Shown here in pieces: positions 13,723 to 26,277 of a stretch of DNA of 64,000 bases. The notes beneath the pieces are model-generated. The model saw only the letters and a program-made list of their open reading frames with translations. It ran no database searches and had not been told where the DNA came from. Every line of letters begins with the position of its first letter. The stretch's first letter is position 1. The translations under genes and the position numbers were made by a program. Origin of the DNA: Vicugna vicugna (lineage: Eukaryota); assembly GCA_013265495.1 (NCBI GenBank), contig MU058650.1:647394-711393 (forward strand), given 5' to 3'.

Positions 13723-14612
13723 ATTCAAAAGTCCACAAATGACAAATGCTGGAGAGGCTGTGGAGAAAAGGGAGCCCTCCTACACTGCTGGTGGGAATGC
13801 AGTTTGGTGCAGCCACTGTGGAAAACAGGATGGAGATTCCTCAAAAAACTAGGAGTAGACTTACCATATGACCCAGGAATCCCGCTCCTGGGCATATATC
13901 CAGAAGGAACCCTACTTCAAAATGACACCTGCACCTCAATGTTCATAGCAGCACTATTTACAACAGCCAAGACATGGAAACAGCCTAAATATCCATCAAC
14001 AAATGACTGGATAAAGAAGAAGTGGTATATTTATACAATGGAATACTATTCAGCCAAAAAACCCGACAATATAATGCCATTTGTAGCAACATGGATGTTC
14101 GTGGAGAATGTCATTCTAAGTGAAGTAAGCCAGGAAGAGAAAGAAAAATACCATATGAGATCTCTCATATGTGGAATCAAAAACAAAACAAAACAAAACA
14201 TTAATACAAAACAGAAATAGACTCATAGACATAGAATACAAACTTGTGGTTGCCAAGGGGGTTGGTGGGAAGGGACAGACTGGGATTTCAAAATGTAGAA
14301 TAGATAAAGAAGATTATACTGTATAGCACAGGGACATATGCAAGATCTTATGGTACCTCACAGCAAAAAAAAAATGTGACAATGAATATATATATATGTT
14401 CATATATAACTGAAAAATTGTGCTCTTATGCAAGATCTTATGGTACCTCACAATGAAAAAAATGTGACAATGAATATATATATATGTTCATGTATAACTG
14501 AAAAATTGTGCTCTACACTGGAATTTGACACAACATTGTAAAATGACTATAACTCAATAAAAAAAGGTTAAAAAAAAAAAGACCAAATTAAAACCCCCTC
14601 CTCCCTAAAAAA
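13723..14612 (+). mobile_element. Young 5'-truncated L1 (ORF2 C-terminus + 3'UTR) nested in the 3'UTR of the older element
   Basis: ORF 13804-14220 (VQPLWKT...[14 protein letters not shown]...MEYYSA...LICGI) is the L1 ORF2 C-terminus; poly-A to 14580. Confidence 0.95.
14337..14514 (+). repeat. ~90-bp tandem duplication within L1 3'UTR
   Basis: tatgcaagatcttatggtacctcaca...aaaaattgtgctct at 14337-14426 and again at 14427-14514. Confidence 0.95.
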
Positions 14613-15639
14613 AAACTTTACATGGAGTTTAATCTATAAAAGTATTGAATCACTATGTTGTAAACCTGAAACTAATATAATATTGTAAAACAACTATACT
14701 TCCACTAAAATACAAAATAAAATCCAAAAGAGAGTATTCTTTTCAAATGACATTGCAGTCATATAACTAAGTAGAAAAAGATCATTTTCTTTAAGGCTGA
14801 AATACATCTAAGTGTGAAATAGCAGACTAAACAAAGATTCTTTGGATAGGAATGATTCAAGTGTTACTTAACTACATATGTTAGAATGTGATTAAAGATA
14901 TTTGCTTAAACCCCTCAGTCCCATTATTTCCCAGTAACCCTAAAGTTTAAGGCCTGCCTCATGCATTGACATCAAATCAGATGACTTTCAGGAAATGGTA
15001 AAATCCCTTATTAACATCTCCAAATTCAGGTGGACATCTTTCAAAGATACCTTTGTGAGAGTTCAAAAAAATAATTTTTCTACCTCTCAGTCACAGCATA
15101 ATACATTTGATAATTCATAGAATTTCTGCCTCCCGGGCAGTGAAGCAGCCTGGTCTTTTTTAAGGTAGGATAAAAACTGAAAAAAGATAGAATATTAAAC
15201 TCAGCCCTGCAATCTTTACAGCAGAAGGCTATTAACTTCTAGAACCTCTAACTCAGTATCCCACACCTGGATAATGAACATATCCTGGTTATAGTAGGAA
15301 CTATCCAAATCCTTATTCCTTTGTGACTGTTTAGAGCAGTATCAACAAAAGGTTTATAATTAAGTATGAATTTTCCCTACTGGCTTCATTCAAAGTCTGA
15401 CACTGTCTTGGTATGAGCAAAAAGGACTGAGAAGTGGCCACAGTGTACAGACTTGGGGACATAATAGAGAAAACCTAAATTGTTTCTTTTTGACCAACTC
15501 AAGAAAGTAGCAGAGGAATACATATAGCAAATACAAGGCTTAAAAGTACAGTAACATAGCCAAGGAAGTGTGACTGGAGCTGCTGGGTTGAGGGAGGAGA
15601 AAAGCACTGGTTACTCGGCAGACAGGTTGCAGCCGTTTG

Positions 15640-15790
15640 CATTGGAAAGTGCCCTGGATTTGGGTCAGAAGATCTGAGTCCTAGCTCAGCTCTACCATTA
15701 TCATCTATATGACCTGAGGCAAGTGATATATTCTTTGATTCAGTTCCTGCAGAAATAATTTCCTCTTAGGACACTTACTGGAGTTAATAT
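15640..15790 (+). mobile_element. MIR SINE fragment
   Basis: gatctgagtcctagctcagctctacc...tgacctgaggcaagtga core similarity. Confidence 0.6.
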
Positions 15791-16774
15791 TTTCAAAAAT
15801 AAAAGTACATGCGTTCTAAGAAGATGGATTTAAGTTTGGGCTCTGAAGTGCCTGAATTAATGTCTTTGAATACATCACTTAACCTCTGTGGACTTCAGTT
15901 TCTTCACACTGTAGATACAAAATTGCTGGTGCTCAGGCAGGCTACTGGAGGACCAACACACATTAGATCAATAACGAGATCGAGACTTCAAGAATAAGAG
16001 TCAGAAATGATCTAAATGGACACTGGTATATATCTGCAATAAGGTAGGTTCCTGGAAACTGGTAAGTCACTTGTAACTTGGTGAACTCATCTGTTCTGGG
16101 AATTTGCAGCCCCTTTTATCTCAGTTGCTGGGAGACAAGCTATTCGATAAATCTGATGGATAAAGCAGAGTGTTTGATGATCTTTGCAGGGCACAGAGGG
16201 GATCCATGTTGAGAAAGTCCCGACCAGGTGGATTTGGGGCCTGCTTTGTAAAACAGAGATTTCTGCAAAATTCTTTATAGCAAAGTCTTTTCCCCATCTT
16301 CTGTGCCCTCCTGTCACTCCTCAGCCAAACACTGACCCAGGCGCGAAGAGAGAAAGATGGTTTAACATCTTAAAGTTAACTAAGATGGAATAATAACGTT
16401 TTTGTTTAGTTTGTGTTTTCTGTTTTCTGTCCTTTTCAAAACCAAAACTAGTAAAAAGAATGAGAAGCAAAAAATAAATAAATAAACAAAACAAAACTTC
16501 TCTGTCTCTGAAAACTAGGAAACATTATAAATCACAATCTATGAAGGACATTGTTCAAATACAGTACAATTTGGACCAAATCCAGAGGAGATATCAAGAA
16601 CAGAAATATATCTCTGTAAAACTCTGGTGGCGAGTGCCCAGATCCACCTGAAGTAGGTGACAAAATTGATGTAGCAAATCAGTGATCCACTGCGTGAACT
16701 GGCAAGATCTAAGAGCCTGAAAGCCTGGCTGAAGCCACTGAGTCATGGGGTAGAAGAAATAAGGCATGAAGAGG

Positions 16775-17352
16775 ATTTCTGTTACGGTGATCCATGATCA
16801 GTGATCTCTGGTGTTACTATTGCACAGGCATGCCTTAAAGATATTGTGGGCTTGGCTCCCAACCACCAAAATATAGCAAGTATAACAATAAAGAGAGTCA
16901 TATGAATTTTTTAGTTTCCCAGTGTATGTAAAAGTTACGTTTATACTACACTGTAGTCTATTAAGTGGGCAATAGCCTTATGTGTTTTAAAAAAACCCAA
17001 ATGTACATACCTTAATTTAAAAATATTGCCAAGAAATGCTAACCATCATCTGACAATGCAGTGTTGCCACAAACCTCCAATTTGTAAAAACTGAAGCATC
17101 TACAAGTGCAGCAAAGTGAAGTAGAGCAAAGCAAGGCGTGCCTGTAATTGGAGGCATCAAAACCATGCCCAAATAACGTGGTGAACTTAACTGATACATG
17201 TGTGTGTTCTGACCGTTCCACTGACTGGCTGTTCCCTTGTCTCTCTTCCTGTCTGCAGGCCTCCTGTTCCCTGGGACGCACAGTATGGAAATTATGCCAA
17301 TTATTAACCCTATAATGACTTCTAAGTATTCAACTGAAAGGAAGAGTCACAC
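16775..17352 (+). mobile_element. Tigger1 DNA transposon internal fragment (leader + transposase start), split by a MITE
   Basis: gatcagtgatctctggtgttactattg...aaccctataATGacttctaagtattcaactgaaaggaagagtcacac resembles the Tigger1 transposase start (ATG at 17315). Confidence 0.85.
16825..17144 (-). mobile_element. Tigger1-derived MITE (Tigger1a-like), 320 bp
   Basis: TIRs caggcatgcct...aggcgtgcctg; flanked by ca/ta (decayed TA TSD); built from the two Tigger1 ends in reverse orientation. Confidence 0.88.
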
Positions 17353-17850
17353 ATGCACTCCTGTGTTCATTGCAGAATTATTTACTACAGCCAAGAATGG
17401 AAACAACCTACTTCCCAATAACAGATGAACTGATAAAGAAGATGTGGTATATATACACAATGGAATACTACTCAGCCATACGAAAGATAAGATCTTGCCA
17501 TTTGTGACAACATGGATGGAACTTGAAGGTATTATGCTAACAAATAAGTCATACAGAGAAAGGTAAATATATAATTTCAGTCATAAACTATTAAATCAAT
17601 CAATCAATTAAAAAGTCAATAAATCAAACAAACCAAACAAAATGAAAACAAACACATAGATACAGAAAACAGAACGGTGGTTACCAGAGGGAGAGGGGAT
17701 GATGGGAGGGTGAAATGGGTAAGAAGGGGGCCAAATGTATAGTGACAGGTGGAGACTAAACTTTGTGGTGAGCACACTGTAGCATATACAAAAATAAAAC
17801 GTACAGATGAAACTTACATTATAATCCAGTTATCTCAGCAAAAAATAAAC
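17351..17850 (+). mobile_element. Older L1 3' end
   Basis: atgcactcctgtgttcattgcag...aatggaatactactcagcc...3'UTR and A-rich end. Confidence 0.85.
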
Positions 17851-18540
17851 TGAAAGAATTATTATAAAGTTATTATCATTTATTGAATAAGACCAAAAAG
17901 GAACTAAGAATGTGAGAACGACTGATAAAATTAATAACTTTAAAACCAAGAGTGTATAAAAGAACACCACAAAGAAAATGAGACAACAGCAGGGATTGAG
18001 GTGGTAGTGAAATAGGAAAGAGAGGTGTGGTTTCCAAGGGCATATTGACAATTGAAACCAATACTTGTACGTCCCTGTTCGCCGGATGTTTTCTCCCCTT
18101 TATTATCCGGAAAGTTCAATGGCTGATAAAATTCAGTTCCTGTTTCTGAGTTCACTGATCACAAAATGGAAATACCAAAAGCCACAGGAGAGGAAGCCTG
18201 TCTTCAAGGAGAAAAGAAAGGATTGAGCATTTCCTACAAGCCTTCTACATGGCACTAAACTTTGAGTTTAGGCATTATTCCTCTTTCCATAAAGTTAAAA
18301 AAAAAATGACCTCTCTGAGGGTAAGTATTTCCTGGAGGCAGCATTAAAAATGATGTTTTGTTTACTCCAAAATGCATGTTCTTTCTATTTGAATATGTTG
18401 CTTTGATTTAAATTCCTTGTGATTCAAGACAAGAAAAATCCAGATGAAATATTAAAACAAAAAAAGGGGAAAATGATATTGATAGGATTTTACTTTTATG
18501 GATCAGTTTGGTGTGAATTTATATATCTTTACAATATTAA

Positions 18541-19738
18541 GACGTATAAATCGCAGCAATATTTTTTGAACCAGTTCTTAGAGTAATGGAAACAAAAGCA
18601 AAAATAAGCAAATGGGACCTAATTAAACTTATAAGATTTTGCACAGCAAAGAAAACTGTAAACAAAACGAAAAGTCAACCTACAGAATGGGAGAAAATAT
18701 TTACAAATGATGCGACCGATAAGGGACTAATTTCCAAAATATACAACACTTCATACAGCTTAATAAAAAAAAAAAAGCAGCAGCTCAATCAAAGAGTGGG
18801 GAGAAGCCCAAATAGACATTTCTCCAAGGAAGACATCCAGATGGCCAACAGGCACATGAAACAATGATCAGTATCTCTAATCATTAGAGAAATGCAAACC
18901 CAAACTACAATGAGGTATCACCTCACACCAGTCAGAATGGCCATGACTAAAAAGTCTACAAATAATAAATGCTAGAGAGGGTGTGGAAAAAAAGAAACCC
19001 TCCTACACTGTTGGTGGGAATGTAAATTGGTGTAGCCACTGTGGAGGACAGTATGGAGGTTCCTTAAAAAACTAAAAATAGACTTACCATGTGATCCAAC
19101 AATCCTATTCCTGGGCATATATCTGGGGAAAACTCTAATTCGAAAAGACACCTGCACCACAGTGTTTACAGTAGCACTCTTTACAATAGCTGAGACAAGG
19201 AAACAACATAAGTTTCCATCAACAGATGACTGGATAAAGAAGTTTATATATATATATAATGGAATATTACTCAGCCATAAAAAATGAAATAATGCCATTT
19301 GCAGCAACATGAATGGACCTAGAGTTTATCATATTAATTGAGGTAAGTCAGACAGAAAGAAAATATCATGTAATATCACTTATATGTGGAATCTAAAAAA
19401 ACAAATTTTATTTGCAAATCAGAAATAGACTCATGGATATAGAAAAAAATTATGATTATCAAAGAGGAAAGTGGAGGAAGAATAAATTAGAAATTTGGGA
19501 TTAATAGATACACATTTCTATGTATAAAATAGGTAAACAACAAGGACCTACTATATAGCACAGGGAACTATATTCAATTTCTTGTAATAACATATAATGG
19601 AAAATAATCCAAAAAAGAAAAATATATATATGTACATGTATAACTGAATCGCTTTGTTGTACACCTGAAACTAACACTTTAAAATCAACTACAGTTCAAT
19701 AAAAAAAATTTTTTTAAGTAAATAAAAATTTTTTAAAA
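18541..19738 (+). mobile_element. 5'-truncated L1 (~1.2 kb, ORF2 3' part + 3'UTR)
   Basis: ORF 18586-18867 ([33 protein letters not shown]) is L1 ORF2; A-rich tail at ~19700-19738. Confidence 0.93.
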
Positions 19739-19744
19739 GAATGC

Positions 19745-21120
19745 CTTTGAGTAATTACTTTTTATGCAGTCTTTTGCATAATTGGCATATTCTAAAGCTT
19801 TGACTGCTTTTGAAAAAATCTGTTACCTTAATATATGATCATCAATTGCAGCTCCACTGGGCACTTTCTGTGTATGTTTCCTCAGTTTTTAATGACATGT
19901 AGTATTTTGAAAGTATAAAATCAGCCTGCTTCATACTCTTTTGAACAAAAACTAGATTTTATTTTCCACCCTGATAGTCATGGATGTTTTTCATTATTCT
20001 TGAAATTTAAAATTCCTTTTATGATGCCTAGTTAGAGATGTATAACCATTAATGTTACCTAGAAAACAACTGGAAACTCTTTATTTTAGCATATATTAAT
20101 GCTGGTGATCTATATATCTTGATCTTATTTAGAATCACTTAAAATTTTTAGACTTTCCATTTATCAACTTTTTTTGTTGTTTTCTGTCTTTTTATATCTC
20201 CTTTTCTACTTTAGTCTATGAAACTTTGAGATTTTTCTTCATCTAGGTGATTACATTTTCTAATGTCAATTCTGCTTCTTATAGATAATTTGGTTCTGCT
20301 CATATATATTGAAAGTCCTTGCATCCTTCTCCTCGTAACAATTCATTTCATGTTGTCCTTTATTCCTGACCATTTTCTTTTCATTAGTTACTCATGCTTC
20401 GTGAGGGTCATACCTTCAGAACTTTCATTGAGAATACTAAATAGATCATCTAGATATTCTTCTATTTTTTATCATAATTCACTTTTAGAAGTATCCTCTC
20501 CCTTTGAGCCAACACCACTTTTTCTTGTGCTGTAGACTATTGCACAGACCTAACTATTTTGCTTTTTTTTTGCTGATCTTTATTATTTTTTTTTATAGCC
20601 ATGGTTGACTTGAGTTGGGATCTGTTCAACCCTAGAGCTGCCAACAGACTTAGCAAACTGTGTGTCTTCAGGCATCTCTTCCTTGGGCATTTGGGGCATG
20701 ATGTAAACTTAGAAACATAATAACAAGTTTATTCCTAGTCCAATTTATGGTGTATAACAAACATTTATCCCTTGTGGCTCTGCTGCAGTATTCTCCTTCA
20801 CTGTTAAATGCTCCATGCAAGGTAATATAATACATATCCCCTGGTGCAAAGCATTAATGCATGCCTTCCTCTGCCCTGGTGGTGTGTTCTGGAAGCTGCA
20901 GCATAGGATGATGTTGAATGTTCGGGTCAGAGTAGGAGGTGGAATACTGGGACTAAGACCTTTACTGCTTCAGAAAATACTTCCTGTGCAACATGGGGAC
21001 GACCTGCCTGATCGGTGTATACCCCCTTTTGTTCCTGAGCTAGACGAAGACAAAGAACATGAGTCAAAACCTCATGAAAAGGGTCAGCATGCATAGCCTA
21101 GGGAACTATTTCTCTCTGCT
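19745..21120 (-). mobile_element. Highly degraded ancient L1 5' region
   Basis: T-rich bias and weak antisense ORF1/5'UTR similarity only. Confidence 0.4.
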
Positions 21121-22769
21121 GAATCTCATAAAATTTTCAATTTGTAGAAATTCACCTCAAATGCTAGCACACAATACTCCCATCACTCATTCCAAATGCT
21201 GTTGAAAAATTCGTGCTATCTTCAAGGATTTTTAAAGAAAAGTCTTGAGAAGACAGCATCCCACCACATTGCCTTAGAATTTCCAGTGACCACTTGTAGT
21301 AGAATTGGTCTGTGTTCGCACGTTTTTAACTTCCTCCTACTGACAGTCACTAAATACAAATTTCCCATCTGTTTTGCCTTTAAGTTTAGATACGTAGCAC
21401 CAGGAATTCGAGAAGATTCGTGAAGAGAGACATGTATTTGTGGACCTGACATCCTGATTGTCACTGATGGAGGACAACCTGTGAGAAGCAAAAACTGTTA
21501 CAGCTTATGCAGAAATCAGCCATTTTGCACAGAATCCTCTGCCCATCTGCAGATGGGTCAGTGATGAGGAGCAAAGAAGTAGACAATTACAGACTTCTTT
21601 TGTAAAGTTAAAATGTCATTTAAGAAGCATTAAATTTGTCTTTTTTTTAATCTTTCAAGGACTAACTTGAAAATCATCTCCAAGAAATATCCCCTTCTGA
21701 ACTCCTCATGTGCTTAGCAACAAAGTCAGGCCATTTAGCTCTAAAAAGCAAAATCACTGGCTAGAAATAGAGACATTTTATTCTAATTTTTCACAAAGTT
21801 CTGAAATACAATTGTATTATTTTGTTAGTTAAAATGATTAAAATAAGTCAGTTAAATGGTGTTCTTAGGAATACTCTGTCGTCACATCTGTAACGTGGGG
21901 ATAATGTGATGTATCTGCCTCACAGTGTTATTGTGAAAACTGAGTAAGATCAGATATATAATGCACTTACACAAAAATGGACAAAACACATTAATAAGGT
22001 CGCTGACAAGAAATGCTAACTATAATCATTATTGTCATCACAAAATCATTTTTGTATAAATCAATGAACTTAAAAGAAAAAAAGTAAAACAATGGATGCA
22101 TGGTTTTTTCAACTTAATATTTCTTAACATTGTGGTTATGCCCCTTTTTTTCTTTCTCTAGTCCACAAAAATGTCAAACATGGTACTCAATGGGGAGCAA
22201 ACCTGTTCTTAGTTTACAGGCAGCACGTGATGGCAGCTTCACATCTGGCTCCCTAAGCTACACATTCTTCATAGATAGAGATTATGCCTAATTATTGCTC
22301 CACCTAAGCCCAGGACCACGCATATGGGCAACGTACTGAGCCAGCTCCTGACACGGACACTTTGCATGTACAGTCATCTCTCTGAAAGAAGCGTGTCTAC
22401 CTCTTGCGTATATTTTCAGCTCCTACTTATAAGTGGAACTTTGCAATTTGTGGAACGGATATGTTCCCCATACCTGCTAATTAAACATTCACCTACCACT
22501 GATGGAGCACTTACTGTGAGTCAGGCCGTATAGGGTTGCCAGTGAGCCAAGCACAAGACAAATCCCTCAGGATCTCACAGTTTAAGACCAGGAATAGCCT
22601 TTTTTTTAAAAAAAATTTCACAACTCAGTGTGACAAGTGCTTCAGATACTGTGAAATAAATTTGGGGACCCCGTGGCTGAATCAGTGGGATCATGGTTAC
22701 CTTGATGAGCACAAATAGCAGTTCGCCATGGAACAGGTTGCCCCACTTGTAGCCTGAAGCACACTGCAG

Positions 22770-22990
22770 GGTGGTTGACATCTGGACCTTGGGTTTGGAT
22801 CCCAGCTCTGCCATCATTAGTTGGGTGAGCTTTGCCAAATCATTTGACCCCTTGAGCTTCATCAATAAAATGAGAATGATAATAATTTCTAATCAATGAA
22901 GTTGTGGGGACCAAACTGGTTAAGTAAAGCTTTAGCAGGCTCTGGTACACAGCAAGCCCTAGTCCAGTGCTAACTCGTATCATCATTGTT
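22770..22990 (+). mobile_element. MIR SINE
   Basis: gggtttggatcccagctctgccatcattagttgggtgagctttgccaaatcattt...aaaatgagaatgataat. Confidence 0.75.
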
Positions 22991-23744
22991 ACTATATGAA
23001 TACTATACTGTACTATATAATACTATAATAATTTTTCAGTGGTCTTCAGTCCCCCAATGTCCCTCCATGAAGTTTCCAGTCAAATTATAACCTTCCTTGC
23101 ATGTCCTTATGTCTCAGGCACTGTGGGGGCAGCCGATGCTATGGGCGTTCAGTGAAGTTTCCGGTCCGAGGCTGTGGGAATTCACCTAAGCCTTGGGCCA
23201 GCTAGTGAACCTAAGGTTGAAAAGGGCAGAGCTTACTTCTTCAAGTGCCTCTAAATAATGAGGCAAAATGTGCTGCTGATTAGAACATGAGTGTTTGGCG
23301 GAGGTGGGGGTGTTTGTTTAAAATGACATTAAAGCCGAAGTTTCACCTATGACTTTTTTATTACACAAGAAATCTATGTAACCAGAAGTACAGACAATCA
23401 TTAATTTATAAAAGTCAAAATCAGTTGTAATCTCACTGCCGAAAACAAAAGCACTATGGCATTTCAGTGTAAATTCTTCTAGCCTTTCTTCTATATATGC
23501 ATGTTCTGGTTAAAAAAAAAATGCATCTATCTTTCTGCTCATCTTACTAACTCCATGTATATCTCCACTTAACATCTGCTAGGCAGGGACAATTTGTCAT
23601 TTGATTGGCCAGAGTTCAGAAGGCCACTGTACCGTATTTAACCAGTGGACCAACTTACTCCTATGCCTGAAAGATGCTAAGCTCTCCCACTTGGTTTACT
23701 TCGTTCTATGACTCTGTGATAGGAAAACCAGGGCTGCAAAGGTC

Positions 23745-23770
23745 GTGTGTGTGTGTGTGTGTGTGTGTGT
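23745..23770. repeat. (GT)13 microsatellite
   Basis: Perfect dinucleotide run. Confidence 0.97.
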
Positions 23771-26099
23771 CCCATCTACTCTGTATCTATAACCAAATAG
23801 GTAAGTTAGGCTGGGACAGGCGCTACACATCTCATCATCTTTGATCCTGGAAGCCTCACTTAAAGGTCCCTAGATTTAAGCATGTTTTCCTAGTGAACAT
23901 GTAACATAGAGTTCCCAGCGTGAACTAGTTTGCTTATCCAGTTATTAGTAAACAGTACCGTCTCCTGCTTTCCCTCGGGCATCTCTTTCCTGGGGACAAC
24001 ACCTGAGAAAGACACATCTCTGACCAGCATGGGAGAAACCGGGAGTCCGGGCATCTGTGACCATAAAGCTAGGACAGCAGTACCAAATTCTCACCTCCTA
24101 CCTCTCACAGTTTATACAAATAAACCCATTTATTTTTTATAAAAATGAAGCTGTATTATGCATGTCACCTTATTAACTGTTTATGTTAATGAATGATCAA
24201 TAACTCAGTTATCTGTTTCTGTACTGATATGTATTTAAACACATATCTACTCCTTCATTTTAATTTTTTACTTAACTATTTTAATGATTTTGTCACGTGA
24301 ATACCACCACAATTTATCGAGCCAATACTCAGTCACTGGAAATTTAAATTGTTCCCAATCGTTGACTGTTAAAAGCAACGTCTCAGTGAAAATCCCTGCA
24401 CCTGTTATCTTTGTGATTGTGCCTGATTACAAGCAATGAATACATTCTTCCACTTACCATGGCAAATATACATCGCATCCTGCCATCCTTTCTACCAAGA
24501 CTTGATTTTCCCAGGTCCGTGTCCAAGCGGCTGAAAGAAGGTCATCACCACTCTGCTTTAGATCAAGCTGAATGTAAATGGCCTGAGCGTCTCGGCGCCC
24601 CAAACTGAAGTAATTGGCCCCTCGGGTAACTAATCCTGAATTTCTAATGGGCCCTCGAAACAGAGAGGATCACAGAGCTGAATTTAGTCATCAGAGTCAG
24701 GCCTGACAATATGAAGCTCAGTAAGCAGGGAGGTGGAAACCTAACTGGGGCTAATTTCACACACCTGCTGATGCTCCCGCTGCTCCCGCGGCAGGATTTG
24801 GGGCAGGTGTGAGGAGTAGTAGTCACTGGGCCTCAGAGCCACACTGGGCCTGGTTGGGAGGCCTTAGGAGATGATTTGGAAAGTTTTTCAGGATGTGACT
24901 AGAGCCACAAACCAAAGGTACCCTCCTTTCCAAATCTGTAATATCTCTCATAAGTGCAGATGACTTAAGAGAGAATTTTTCATACTAAAATATTTTTAGA
25001 GATAGGCACCATTCAACCACGGCTTCCCAAGTCAAAGAAACATTGCCATGGATACTACGTGTGAAGTACAAAATACTCAAATTTGTAAGAAATAATATTG
25101 TAATCATCATCATCATCTTCTGAAGTATTACGATCTTTCAAAATTTATCATGTGGGAGGAAAAAAGTCCAAAGCCAAACAGGCCTGGATGAACTCCACGA
25201 GGCAAACTGGGGAGTGCATGAGTGTAATGGGCACTTAAGCAGAATTTCCAGGGGCTGGGGTGACTGTCGCATCCTCTACAACCCTCAGAATGACTCAAAA
25301 TAAAAAAGCCTTAGAGGTTACATACGATGCTTCTGCCTGTGCATTATTACCTCTTTCCTCTTTTTATTCCTTTACATTTAAGAAACTGCTTAGTCTCCCC
25401 AACAGGCTGGTCAGTCAGCCTGCCCCCCTCACTATAATCAAAGGCATGTTATCCAGGCTGGCCAGGCAAAGGGCCCCACTCCCCTGGAGACAGCGACTGG
25501 CCCAGGGGCAGGCTCTTCACACAAGCGCAGCCTTTACAGAATAGTAACAAGGACTGAATTTCTCTCCGTCAGAGAGCATGAGTCCATGGACCACAGAAAG
25601 CATATCGCTGCTAGAGGGCATCTGATTTATTTCATGGGGGAAAAAGACTGTCAAGATACCCAAGCTCGCTTTTTTAATTAAGAGACTTTGTGGGTGGGGG
25701 GATCTTCTGTCTCTTGCAACTAAAAGAATTCTCATTCAGAAATCCTGGGGTTGTTCAATTTCTGCAAGAGGTTATCTGCCTCTGAAGAAAAGAGTACTGT
25801 GGAGCCGACAGATTCTATCAGAATTCACTGATAAGTTGGATGTAGCATGGAGATTCGGTCCTGCTTTGCTTTAGTGTTCCGGGATTACTTGTGTGAGGAA
25901 TATTTCAGCATTTACTGACCAAGCTGAGAATAAGCAAATGTTTCCTTCACTATGCACTCACTCGTTCATTCCAGTTACTACCTGGCAACTTTGTCCATCT
26001 TCATCAGATTCATTTAACAAACCTGCTTGTCTCCATCATCTTTACTTAAATAGAGAATCCAAGTGTTACTCTGGTCCGAAAATGTTTTTTTAAATCACT

Positions 26100-26277
26100 G
26101 TAGTGGAAGCAGAGGAAAGGAGAGTTGCAGCTTCGTGTTTCAGTGCTACAAGAGGAAAAGTCCTGGAGATCTGTTTCACATTGATGGGAATATACTCAGT
26201 GTTACTGTAACCATACTGCCACAAATGGTGAAGACAGTAAATTTTATGTTTTGTGTTTTTTACCACAATAAAAAAAC
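26100..26277 (+). mobile_element. Old L1 (L1MA/MB-like) 3' end
   Basis: aaaagtcctggagatctg...aaatggtgaagacagtaaattttatgttttgtgttttttaccacaataaaaaaa. Confidence 0.8.

Larger units (their letters stand above)
11591..14725 (+). mobile_element. 5'-intact, internally deleted L1/HAL1-like element (two 5'UTR-like modules, ORF1 stub, 3'UTR)
   Basis: Starts gagagagattaagatgatgcag (decayed aagatggcg) after a tt/aaaa site; GC-rich UTR; caaaatgagaagacagag ORF1-type start ~12930; 3'UTR 13485-13722 resumes at ~14613-14725. Confidence 0.75.

Noticed and set aside
13804..14220. 138-aa ORF (also 18586-18867, 30342-30650, 56010-56444)
   Set aside because: L1 ORF2 C-terminal fragments inside 5'-truncated elements, not cellular genes.
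18060..18160. Possible minus-strand coding exon (NSETGTEFYQPLNFPDNKGEKTSGEQG)
   Set aside because: The acceptor is plausible but there is no convincing donor and the peptide is not recognised.
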